A stretch of 51,494 nucleotides of DNA from Catajapyx aquilonaris (taxonomy: Eukaryota): contig JYFJ02002760.1 of the NCBI GenBank assembly GCA_000934665.2, positions 1 to 51,494 on the forward strand. The letters are read 5' to 3'. The notes beneath the pieces are model-generated. The model was not told the DNA's origin. It saw nothing but the letters and a program-made list of their open reading frames with translations, and did no database searches. Position numbers and translations under genes: made by a program. Below are positions 11,301 to 21,590 of the stretch, piece by piece; positions within the stretch are counted from its first letter, which is position 1, and every line of letters begins with the position of its first letter.

Positions 11301-14300
11301 GGTATTACATGCATATGATCTAGTGATATCACTAACCTGAGGACCAGTTTCACCCCTCTCTCCTGGAAGTCCAGCATTCCCCTGAAAGGCAATACCTCAA
11401 TTTTAATGACTGGAGATATTCGATGTTTTATGGATGCTGCATAGAGCCCACACTTTGCATTGCCAGTACTCTGTTATATATGAATGAAGCAACATACACG
11501 TTCTCCTTTGTCTCCTGGTCCTCCTGGTCTCCCTGATTGCCCTTTGTCTCCTTTTTCCCCTGGAGGGCCTGGATATCCTGGGAATCCAGGAATTCCCAGT
11601 TTCCCTTTCTCTCCAGTTGGTCCTGGGGAGCCAGTCTCTCCTCTAGGACCCTCAAAACCCTATCATGAATGGCATGATATTAAGATCCCAAATTTGCAAC
11701 ACAAGATCCAGGGTTACCTTAGGTCCCTCTGGTCCTTCCAAGCCAGGGATTCCAGGTGGGCCATTGATTCCCCTCTCTCCTTTCATGCCCATGTCTCCCC
11801 TCTCACCATCCACACCTCTGTCACCTTTATCACCTTTTTCCCCAGTCATTCCTCTCTTGCCCTCATCACCTTTGACTCCTCGTGGACCAGGAAAGCCAAC
11901 TGGACCCTGTAATGTAATGTGTACATGTTACAATGACAGATTTAATAATATTCCAAATGTGAAGGAAAATTCTGTTCAAAGAAAAGTCAAGAACTGACAG
12001 ACCTGGGGACCATATGGTCCAGTGTCCCCTTTTGACCCTGGAATGCCTGGGTTTCCAGGGTGTCCTGGAAGACCATCTGCTCCAGGGAGTCCAGGTAAAC
12101 CAGGTTTTCCTTGGGGTCCCTGTAAGCAAATATATTTGCTATAAGCAGAATATTTAAAACATAACAATACTATAAGCTTATAGCCAATGCAGTGTGCACA
12201 TTGGGAAAAGTGACCAAGAAGCATAGAAACATTCATTTTTGAATGGCAGAATAGTGATATGCCTCTAGCCAAATGCTGACTGGTAACATAACTACAGCAA
12301 GATTCTTACGGCTGGTCCAGTCGGTCCAATTAGCCCTTGTGGTCCTGGAGGTCCGACCGGTCCTGATTGTCCTGTTTGCCCGGGAGGTCCAGGCTGGCCA
12401 ATGGGACCTGAATTCCCCTTCTGACCTGCAGGACCCTCACTCCCAGGGATACCAGGTGACCCAGGAAGACCAGGGAATCCACGGGGACCAGGAAATCCTC
12501 TTGGACCCTGAAAGAAGTAAACAATCAAATGTGTGACCAAGAGTGACTTGCATGCATAAATCAAAATCAGGACCATTTCTCCTGGGGGACCTGGAAGACC
12601 TGGAGACCCATCATCTCCTTGCATCCCATCATGGCCTGGTAATCCAGTTTCACCTGAGTTGCCTTTGGATCCTCTCTCTCCCTTTTCACCTGGCAAACCT
12701 AATGATGAAAAGAAGGGTGGCATATTTCAGCTAATTCTTAACTTGCACATGTAAGCCAGAGCCTAAAGAGAATATGAGTTCAGTACAAACCTGGTATTCC
12801 AGGAAGTCCTTGTTCTCCCTTCACTCCAGGAGGTCCAGTCAGTCCTCTCTCACCGTCTCTTCCAGCTCTTCCCCTTCGCCCTTCCCTACCAGTGAGCCCC
12901 ATCATGCCTCGCATTCCTCGTTGGCCCTGCCATTATTTATTAACATGTTAGGAAAATAGCGCATAGTGGCACGTAACTTTGTTGTGGAAGTACCGGTTCT
13001 CCTATATCACCATGCTCTCCTTTTGGTCCTTCAGGGCCAGGCAATCCAGTTGGTCCTGGTATTCCTGTCAGACCCATGGGGCCTGGAGCACCTTGCATTG
13101 CCAACTGAATTGTTTGTAAGTGCAAGTTTAGTTCATTTTGATAGTGGCAGTGACTGTGCAATACTTTACCATATGCTGGGAAAGCATCTGTCTCAGCTGC
13201 TCTGCTTGTACATCTGGTCCTTTGGAATTCCCTTGGGAGTTGAGCTGCAGTAAAATAAGTGCGATTACTCACATGGTACCTTTTATGACCTGTACAATGC
13301 TTTTATGAGACTTACTGGGATCATGAAGACATGTCCTGGTGGACCTGAAACTCCACCTGTCCCTGGTATTCCATCTCTTCCAGGTTCCCCTTTAGGCCCA
13401 AAAGGTCCTACTGGTCCAGGTGGACCTGGGTATCCCCTCAGACCAGGTGGGCCTCTTATGCCAACATAGTTATACTGTGTTTCACCTCCAGTACTGGGTA
13501 CAATCTCTCCTGAGCCTTCATCATACTTTAATGCAATAAAATTCTTGTTGACTTAGAGAACCATTTCAGATGTATTTCAAGTGCAAGAACCTCATTAACA
13601 TTTTTTTTTTTTCAGTTTCTGTGATGAAGATGGAATAAATCAATGGTGATCATAAATTTTAATGAGGCATTAATAGATCATTCAGAAAGAAACTGTCGCT
13701 GTAAATGTCAGAGATTTTAGCGCTGATTCCATTTAAGAAAAGTTTATGCCGATCTTGCACCTGGATGTGGATGCATATTTACTTACAATAGAAAAACTGC
13801 CATTAGCTCCATGAGTGACAACCAAAGACTCCCCATTGAATGTGTATGGTACGAGATCAATTGCTGGAAGGATGTCACCTGCATGTTCAGTTAATGGTGT
13901 CTCACATGATGGCATGTACAAGTTGCATAACTCATAAGCAACATCCGGAGTTGGGGAGATTATAAGTTGTTGCAGATCACCCTACGAAATGAGAAAGCAG
14001 CAGTATATAGGTGACTTGCCAGTTTCGACAGGGCAGCAAAAAGAGTGGTAGATGAAAATGTGTAAAACAGGCTGAGTGTTTTATCAATAAAGCTACCGCA
14101 TAAAAGCCTTCATCTAGTAGCTGCTGCCCTATGAGGATGATCCCAGCCCTGTTGAGCTGTGATGGTGAATCTCGAGGAAGAGGCATAGTTTGCTGCTGGG
14201 TGCAGTCCACGATGAGGGTCACTGAATTACCCTTCACACTGAATGCTATACGATGCCACCTGAAGTTCAAAGATGTAGAATATACACATGTTACTTCCAG

Positions 14301-14774
14301 AGAGTCACTCACTTTCCATCATTTACTGGAATGTTGAATTCAAGCGTGTTGTCCAGGAGAGGTCGGCCATCATTATCCTCATAGAATAAAGTGACAGATT
14401 CACCCAAGAATACTGCCAATTGCTCATCTCCAGAATCACTGTATATAGTGAAGAGTACAGACCGCGAGCCCTGGGTTGGCCTGACTGTGGCCAGTATGCT
14501 GAAATCTTCTGGGAAACCCTCTGAAGCAAGAATTTGCCTTGTAAGTCTACTGCACTTTAATTTGCAGTCACTGTGGATGTCCTACCTGGAAACGCCTGTG
14601 CAGTGTTGACTGTTAATTCTGCACTTTGCCGGAGCCTGTATGCAACGTCAGGTTCTCCATAGATAGGTGACTCATTCTCAAGGCGAATTGCTCGGCTATC
14701 ACAGAAGCCAATGGTTTTCTCCACTCCTAAAGGTTCGTACCTTATTCGGGTGGCATCAAGCAAGTCTACTGTGC
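5359..14774 (-). CDS. Fibrillar collagen, clade B (collagen alpha-1(V)/alpha-1(XI)-like); first, signal-peptide exon not located
   Basis: N-terminal TSPN/LamG domain ([12 protein letters not shown]...[19 protein letters not shown]...GDLQQL). Short minor helix (~13330-13460) and NC2 linker ([33 protein letters not shown]). Eighteen helix exons between 13104 and ~7080 sum by hand to 338 Gly-X-Y triplets (1014 aa), followed by a basic KKR site and a COLFI C-propeptide ([44 protein letters not shown]). Stop at 5359-5361. Confidence 0.95.
6711..6778 (-). mobile_element. 5'-truncated non-LTR retroelement 3' tail inserted at a collagen splice acceptor
   Basis: The minus strand reads a stem-loop TGGCGCAGTATAGCC...TGCGCCA, then ATAAAC and a (TCAA)n tail. 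Perfect 12-bp TSD CTCTGTGAATGA at 6699-6710 and 6779-6790. Confidence 0.8.
10271..10611. mobile_element. hAT-type MITE in a collagen intron
   Basis: 15-bp TIRs CACTGGCGTCGCTAG / CTAGCGACGCCACTG (1 mismatch), a perfect 8-bp TSD GATTGTAG (10263-10270 and 10612-10619) and internal GTGTCACCC repeats. Confidence 0.9.
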
Positions 14775-16160
14775 CTGAATATTACAGGAAAAAAGTAATA
14801 TAACTACGATATTCAACTGAACCACTGACTATCACCTTGAAATCCACAAATAAATAAAAAAGTTTCGTAAAAGACATTCTACCAGATTATGCAGGATCGG
14901 TTTTGAATGAGCTGTGATTATTATTATTAGTTTGTCATTCAGATAAGGATACGTTCGAGGTTGTGTATATCTGAGGGGAGCCTCTCTTTTTTGCGGGTGC
15001 GGCATCTGACATGCGTTTCTCGTCTCCGGTTACATTGACCCACTTCGCTATCCAAAGCTGGGTTGTAAAATGCATCATTGAAGATGCTCCACGTCCGTCG
15101 ACCTATCTTTCCTTCAATCGAATCAAGAAAAGACGAGTTGGTGATGAGATTGATCTCATGCATATACTGTAAATACTGTCATATTCATAGTAAATACTTC
15201 ATCGCGGGGTTTCCGATGTCACTTACAGAAGTGTCTCCCATAAGTGACGAAATGATGAGGTTGCAATGCACTTTGAGTTCTTTCATAAAATGAGGGTGTG
15301 TATGTGGGTGACAGAGCGGGCCTTGTAGGCGGCTGAGATATGTGTAATGTCACACTTGCGTCTACTGCCTCTGCTCGATATGTGTATATCCTTCTTCAAC
15401 CTCTGCGAGGGTCATTCAACTGAATTTCGCGAGCAAAAACCGTCCTTCGGAGGTTGGTTTCGTCTCGTGGCAGCAGCATCTTTGCTGCTCATCCATACAT
15501 ATACACGACGAAGGATCCTGCTGCATGGAGATGCGTAGATACGAAAAGAAGTGGCCTCTGTGTGATTTATGTCTTCAGTTTTGGATGGGTGGGTGTGGAA
15601 ACTCCCTAGTCTGGATATTCAATTGACGAAATGCGGTTAAGTAGGAATAAAAGGATCATTGGTTCAAGGATACCCGAAATGTGGAAAACAACTGCGGTGT
15701 CGGAATTTGCAAAGAACCACGACCTCAACCAGAAAAATCGTGTGACGTGACCGCCGAGTCAAGAGGAGCCAGTGAATGGTTGCTCAATTGAAACATTGAG
15801 ACAATCCGGAAGAGAAGTAGAGACAGTGAAATAACTATGAAACTACTTTTGTTAAAACTGTAGTTTGCATACTGGTGTTTCTGCAATTGGAATCTACAAG
15901 CTTATTGAAAGAGGGCTTTAGAATCATCAAGAAAGAGCGGTGTTATTATGTGGCAATGAAGAGCAGGCCAAGGCGCGAAGACGTGTCTTTTTGCAGGTCG
16001 TTGAGCTACAGTATGTAGGTTATTGCCACATGTAATACTATCCTTGCGCCCACTTTACCCTTTTTGTTTTTATTACTTAACCTTGGTTATTTGAACTGCT
16101 GCATATCAACTGCAACAGGCGCCATTCATCGCTTCGCCGCACTTGCAACCTTTTTATGGT

Positions 16161-16174
16161 CCGGAAGCGGAAGG
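16161..16174. promoter_or_regulatory. Tandem ETS/GABP-like motif CCGGAAGCGGAAG, candidate promoter element
   Basis: The motif lies in the divergent gap between the collagen and FAM207A genes. A minus-strand donor-like CAAG|GTTAAGT at ~16081 could end a non-coding first exon of the collagen. Function is inferred. Confidence 0.3.
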
Positions 16175-17673
16175 TCACTCATACATCATCCCTAATCCCT
16201 GCGATGACTGACATTTTCTGGATATTGACTCGCCTGCTACTGAAACATACTTTGTGACGTTGGCCAGTGTGTGTAGAGAAAACATGTGCGCTACATTACA
16301 ATCCGGCCTTAGAAACACAATTTATTCAAGCGTCAATTCCGTAAAGTTAACGAACTGTCCCTATACATTTTATTGACAACACATGGCGATATCGTAATGT
16401 GGTCCGAAATAAAAGGTGGTCTTGTGTTAAAACTGCCGGTTATCAGGGTTCAAAGATAAAGCTAAACATATGTTTCTTTCACATTTTGACACGCAAAAAA
16501 ACATCGGCTACACGTACAAAAAATATCTTACCGTGTGGAAACGCAGCCCATACCCGTTTGAAGCCCAGGCAGCAAGTCCAAAAAAGAAAAGTGAACACAA
16601 CTCTGCTGGGTTTGGTGTTTTTTCTCGGTTTCATGGCTGGGTTGATCCGGTATTATGACACACTGGTCGAGTTCCAGTCGTGGTCCTCCTCAGGCAATGT
16701 CACTTGTTGGAACACAACCGAAGAAGTCTTTTGTGGGCCATCATCGCCCTTAATTGTCTTATACCAGGGATAGGTGGTCGTTACAGACTTACTTATGACG
16801 GCGACTCACATAGTTTGGTTTGGCATGGAGAGGGTGGGTGGGTCCATGGGGAGAGCGTGGCCACTACATGCAATCTCGGCTGCGACTCAAGAAGGGAAGA
16901 ACCTTCCTGATGGAAAGGAATACGCTGTTGCCGCTTACTAGCCCCCCACATGTGGCTTACACACACTCCCACACTTGCCATGTTATGCTCCTCCTCGCTG
17001 GATCTTGCCCATGTGGACCCAAGATGATTGAGTCAACTTGTTTCATTTTTGAAATGCCTTTTGGGGCAGATGTGATGTTGCGTGTAGCAATAATTCAGAA
17101 GGTATTCTCTTATGCCTTTTATTATTTGAAGTAACTGGCCATATATCAATGTTGCTGTTGCCTTAGATAACGACATATGTTGGACGATTGATCCTTCCAC
17201 CACCTCTCTTCGTCCAATAGTTTGCTAATGAAGGGAAAAGCCTGCATAACGAATTTACGGCGAACTAATCTAGAGAGAATGAGAATAAGTCACATTCCGC
17301 ATTCGAAAGACCCGCAATGCCAGTACGGTACTGTACGGTCCAGCCGGAGACCCTGCGTCGTCTGGCTACCCTGATTGCATATGGCGTCCTCCATGTGCTG
17401 AGTGCGTAGTAAGTTGGGGAGGTGCTTTTCTTGCGTGTTTGTGACTGCCGTGGTGACAGGAGCTAAGACCGTGCACGACCTCGGACAGGAGAGACCACAC
17501 AGGCTGTGCCCAGTGTTGGTTCACTTGCAGAAACCCAGCGGGGATCCCACAACAAGGACTAGGTATTGGTAAGCACTGGTCACTTTCGTTTAGCGTCAGG
17601 GCTAAACATTGTGATGGTCCTTGCCCATTGATCAGTGTGCACTGATATGATTACAGTTTTTTGTAGCTGAACT

Positions 17674-18967
17674 ATGGGGAAGGCACGACGGGCCCGGTCC
17701 AAGTACCACCACTCATCTGCCGCCAAGAGTGCAGGGCCGCAGGAATCAGCCCCACCCACTGCCAGCCTCCTCCCACCAGTGGATGTCCCAGAGTCGCTCT
17801 TTGCTGGACTGGAAATTCCAGAGGATGCCCTCAGGCAGAAGCTCATGCTCGACTTTGATGCCAAGAGTGTCATTTCAAGTCGGTCGGTGGAAGTGGGGAA
17901 GCAGCTCAAGAAGAAAGAGAAGCGACAGATACGACATGAAGTCTTCCTCCAGAGTAGGTCCATACTTGCTGGTCACCACATTTGTCTGGATTGGGGTTGA
18001 AAATGTTGTAATATTTATGCGCGATATCTACATCAATTTCGCACTACAAGTAGTTATGATGTGCAGGAGGGAGAGAATTTACTCAATTGCTCCCATTCAC
18101 TTGTAAATAATACAGTTGAATCCCGATATAACAGACTTCAAGGGACCGCGGAAATCAGTATGTTATAACCAAGGTCTGTTATAGTCAAATACACAGGCCT
18201 TAATTATATGGAAGTATGACGGGACCATCCTTTTGAGTCTGCTATAACCGAAAGTCTGTTATAGCCGAGGCTGCTATATCTGGATTCAACTGTATTACAA
18301 ACAATTTTGGAAAAATGTACGTAACAGTTGACATGCAGTCAATTACGGGCATCCTCAAAACAGAATGAAAGGTGCACACGATCTTATACCCAAACGTAGC
18401 AGTGCCATTTCCCATTGATGAATGGGAGGCAGTGTGGTATGGGCCTATTTTTTAATCAATAGAAAATCAGCACATTAAAGAGTTACCCTGAGTAGCCACA
18501 TCACAACCCTGTATAAAATTGTTGCATTCAAAAAATACCCTGCTAATTATTTCTTACAGAAATGGAAGCCGTGGCTCAAGCTCGCAAAGAGGCTGAAGCA
18601 AGGAAGCGCAAGAAGGAGAAGGCAAAAGTTAACCCAGTGGCCCACATGGATGATCTGTCTGAAGCACTACCAACTTTAGAAGCTATCGAGGAGGAAACTG
18701 CACAAAAAAGGGCTAAGGCAAAAGAAAAGAAGCCTAAGAAATCTACACCAAAGCTCCGTGTCAGGCAGCATTTAATGTAAGTACCCAAGTTATCATGTGC
18801 AATCTCCTGGGCATACACTAATTACCATCTCCTGCAGGATGCAAGACATCACCCTATTCCAGCAGGTTTTAAGTCATCCTGTTTTCAAAGCAGATCCTGA
18901 AGGAACCATTACAGCCCATATTCACCACCAGATGATCACTGAAGCACAGGATAATGACCAGACATGA
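17674..18967 (+). CDS. FAM207A: Ribosome biogenesis protein SLX9 homolog (FAM207A)
   Basis: Exons 17674-17953, 18560-18776 and 18838-18967 (TGA). Motifs MGKARR...LFAGLEI...KKKEKRQIRHEVFLQK...MDDLSEALPTL...FQQVLSHPVFKADP match the FAM207A/Slx9 pattern. AATAAA at 19006-19011. Confidence 0.85.
18113..18292. mobile_element. pogo/Tigger-like MITE in FAM207A intron 1
   Basis: TA flanks (18111-18112, 18293-18294), TIRs CAGTTGAATCCCGATATAAC / GCTATATCTGGATTCAACTG and internal GTTATA repeats. Confidence 0.85.
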
Positions 18968-19083
18968 CTTGTGGTACAAATCCCATTTATTGTTCTGTAA
19001 CAATCAATAAAGAGAACTTCGCATAAATGTAATATACCAGTCATTAAATGCCCGAATAATCGGAAATCCTTTAGATGAGGTTC

Positions 19084-19533
19084 TTAGTTGTTCACACTTC
19101 CAGAATTTCCAGGTTCTGGACTGGAAGCATCTGGACTTCCACTTCCGCCAGGCTGACAATCATCCTTACTTCCCGAGTTGTCTGGTTGTGCCTCTTCTGG
19201 GGGTGTTTCAGGTTTCTTGCTGAGAAAGACTCGCCTCATGTGCAGCTCCTTCTGGGTCTTGCACAGGTAATCCAGTTGCTTCTCATATTTGGCCGAGAAG
19301 ACTGGATCCCTTTGGTCTGGTTCTCCCTCCTGGAAGAACAAAGCAGTTCCTGGGGTGTCTCGATACTCCCCAACAAACACGTGCCCGTCAATCTGTGCCA
19401 TGGGCTGGTCCGTGTCCATCCCCAAGAACTTGACAAAGGGGCTGTTCTGGTCCCCTTTGAACAGCTCACCGTCCATCACCCCATCAAATTCCACGTACAC
19501 CATCATCTCCTCTTCTGACTCTGATTCATCCAT
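19084..19533 (-). CDS. GTF3C6: General transcription factor IIIC subunit 6 (TFIIIC35)
   Basis: Single-exon 149-aa ORF with EEEMMVYVEFDG...VKFLGMDTDQPMAQIDGHVFVGEYRDTPGTALFF...LDYLCKTQKEL, the characteristic TFIIIC subunit 6 pattern. Minus-strand AATAAA at 18991-18986. Confidence 0.88.
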   Translation of the reverse strand: MDESESEEEMMVYVEFDGVMDGELFKGDQNSPFVKFLGMDTDQPMAQIDGHVFVGEYRDTPGTALFFQEGEPDQRDPVFSAKYEKQLDYLCKTQKELHMRRVFLSKKPETPPEEAQPDNSGSKDDCQPGGSGSPDASSPEPGNSGSVNN

Positions 19534-19726
19534 GTTGACACAAATTCTGAGTGTGTAATGTGCAGGCAGTCCTTAAGAGTACTTAATAGTCTAGTGTTGG
19601 ATAAAAGTGGCAGAAGTTTGATAAAAGTAGAAGAATGTCACTACCAGACTACCTACTTGTCCCAAGTTGTGTAAAAATGATCTGTATAGTGTATGTGACC
19701 TTAGGGGATATACAGTGCAAGTGGTG

Positions 19727-20116
19727 TTAACGGCGTTCACTTTGCTCCCTCTGTGAGCTGCCCATGTCGTTGTGGAAAAGCTGCACTCGCATGTGGTTGA
19801 TCTCCTCAGCTTTCAGGCTGCAATAGTGGTGGTACATCATCTTGATCCCTGAAAAACACAGTCAGCATTAGTACGTGACTCCGCAAGGCACATGCCCCGC
19901 GACGAGCAGACCTGTGACAACGGAGAGCTTGAGCCTGAGGTTGTATCTGGAGGCGTTCTTCTTGCAACTGATGGACCTCTTATAAAGGTTCTCCAGGTCC
20001 TGTATCTGCAGGTCCAGCTGCACAATCTGCTCCACTGCCCTGTCGAACCTCCTCTGGGCGTCCAGCAGCTTCTCCTCCAGGTCCAGCTGGTGCTGGGAAG
20101 TGGCAGCTGTCGACAT
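19727..20116 (-). CDS. Uncharacterised ~108-aa helical/coiled-coil protein (two exons)
   Basis: Exon 20116-19912 (ATG), a 63-nt GT-AG intron, and exon 19848-19727 (TAA). Translation: MSTAATSQHQLDLEEKLLDAQRRFDRAVEQIVQLDLQIQDLENLYKRSISCKKNASRYNLRLKLSVVTGIKMMYHHYCSLKAEEINHMRVQLFHNDMGSSQREQSERR. Coding-like GC3 bias and heptad pattern. An in-frame stop at ~20186 limits unspliced 5' extension. Confidence 0.7.
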
Positions 20117-20756
20117 ACCTTCTTCCTCCGTCCCCCCGACCACTCCTTCCAATGCACTCCAGAGACGCCCCAAGATGTATGTGAATCACGTGATATGGCT
20201 CGCTACGAACCAGTCTTTTGTTCAGATTTGCGTGGCTGGTGCTGGTGACTGGTGGTGAGCACCAGTGACCAGTCCTTCTTGGACTGGTTGGGTGGATGGG
20301 GAAGAAAGGCGGGGGTGTGGTGGGGAGGGGAGAGAGTGATCAGGGTTGCCAAGTGCTCCTGTCATCCGGCGGCCACTTCAAAATACTTCTGATACTCATT
20401 AAAAGTAACAATGGTAAAATATCTGATACAAAATATGGGCAGCTTAGCGCCAACATAGCCGCATCAGTGGGGCACATTGGTTCACCCAGAAATAATTGCG
20501 AAAAACTTATGCTTTGCCACCTGTTGTTGCTGTATACACAGCACAAATTAATAGCAACACCTCTTTATTGACAGCATGCCGCCGACAATGGTGTCGTTTG
20601 AGTGACACAAGCTGGCCTTATTCCCACCCGACTGACCCGAGATACAAATGAGTCAGAGCCAGTTGATACTTTTCATTAGCACCCCACCAACCCCTCCCCT
20701 CCTTCCTGCTTGGACCCTCCACCACACACATATGCAATAAGCCCCGATACCCAGAT

Positions 20757-21538
20757 GGCGCCATCAAAGGATTTTCTGTGACCGCCTTGCCCCCGAGGGG
20801 ACCGCTGAGGCGCCGCTCTGAGTGATGCCCTCTTTCACTCCTTCTTCGTTTTTTGTGGTGGGCATTGATGGCCCGAGGGGGACAGGAGAGGTCATGGGAA
20901 TCTCTGGAGCACAGAGGCGCCACCCCGGTGGAATGACACCACCCTCTTTGTTCACCGGCGCTAATTGTCGTCACTTCCATTTCGAATGAACCATCCTCAT
21001 CAAGTGGCGTCGGATGACTCATTTCCATGATGAGCAGGTCTGGCGCCAGTGTAAAGAGGAAAAGGGAGGAGCAGGAGCCGGGGGCAAAAAAAAAAAAAAG
21101 AGACCCAGAGAACGTATCGTATGTGTTGGGGAGAAAGAGGGGGGCGCCATCCAGACAAAGGGCGTCGAGGGCAGAGTTGCAAGACCTGGTTGCGGGTTTG
21201 GGTGAGGGGAAGAAGAAGAAAAAAAAGGAAGGAAGTTGGACTGGAATGTGCCCTGGCGTGGGCTCCAATATCCTCAATGGAAGACATGTCCTGAAGGTGG
21301 CCAAATATTGCCAAAACTACTCCATTTGACCATCATTTTTTTTCTTGGTTTGGAGGTCACCACAGCACCTGAGGTTGCTGGTATATATAAAAAAGAAGAG
21401 TCAGTTGGAGAAGGATATGAGGAGGTGGGGTGGGCTGGTTAGCAGTTGGGTTGAGCCGTTTTCGGGGTGTTGGGGAAGTAGAGGGGTCAGGCAGGGAGGG
21501 AGGGAGGGCGCCAGGGGGGCNTCCTTCCGAGGGGCGTC
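20757..21538. promoter_or_regulatory. Cluster of GGCGYC (Brinker/Mad-type) sites in the divergent promoter region
   Basis: GGCGCC at 20757, 20809, 20916, 21042, 21143 and 21507; GGCGTC at 21006, 21161 and 21533; GGCGCT at 20957. All lie upstream of the Brinker-domain gene. Function is inferred. Confidence 0.4.
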
Positions 21539-21590
21539 TGGTAAGCGCAGTGCGCCTCTGGAGGGATCGGGCTGTAGACGCGCTGCTGCC

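Noticed and set aside
7000..13260. Many plus-strand Pro/Gly-rich ORFs (e.g. 7003-7320, 9373-9648, 11484-11912)
   Set aside because: They are antisense shadows of the Gly-X-Y collagen exons.
16399..17134. Overlapping ORFs in the collagen-FAM207A gap
   Set aside because: No good start context, domain or coding bias; probably promoter, UTR or intron sequence.
21152..21166. Schnurri/Mad/Medea silencer element
   Set aside because: The spacer between CAGAC and GGCGTC is 4 nt, not the required 5.
20618..21304. 228-aa minus-strand ORF
   Set aside because: Low-complexity translation of a GC-rich, poly-A-containing promoter region, with no recognisable domain.
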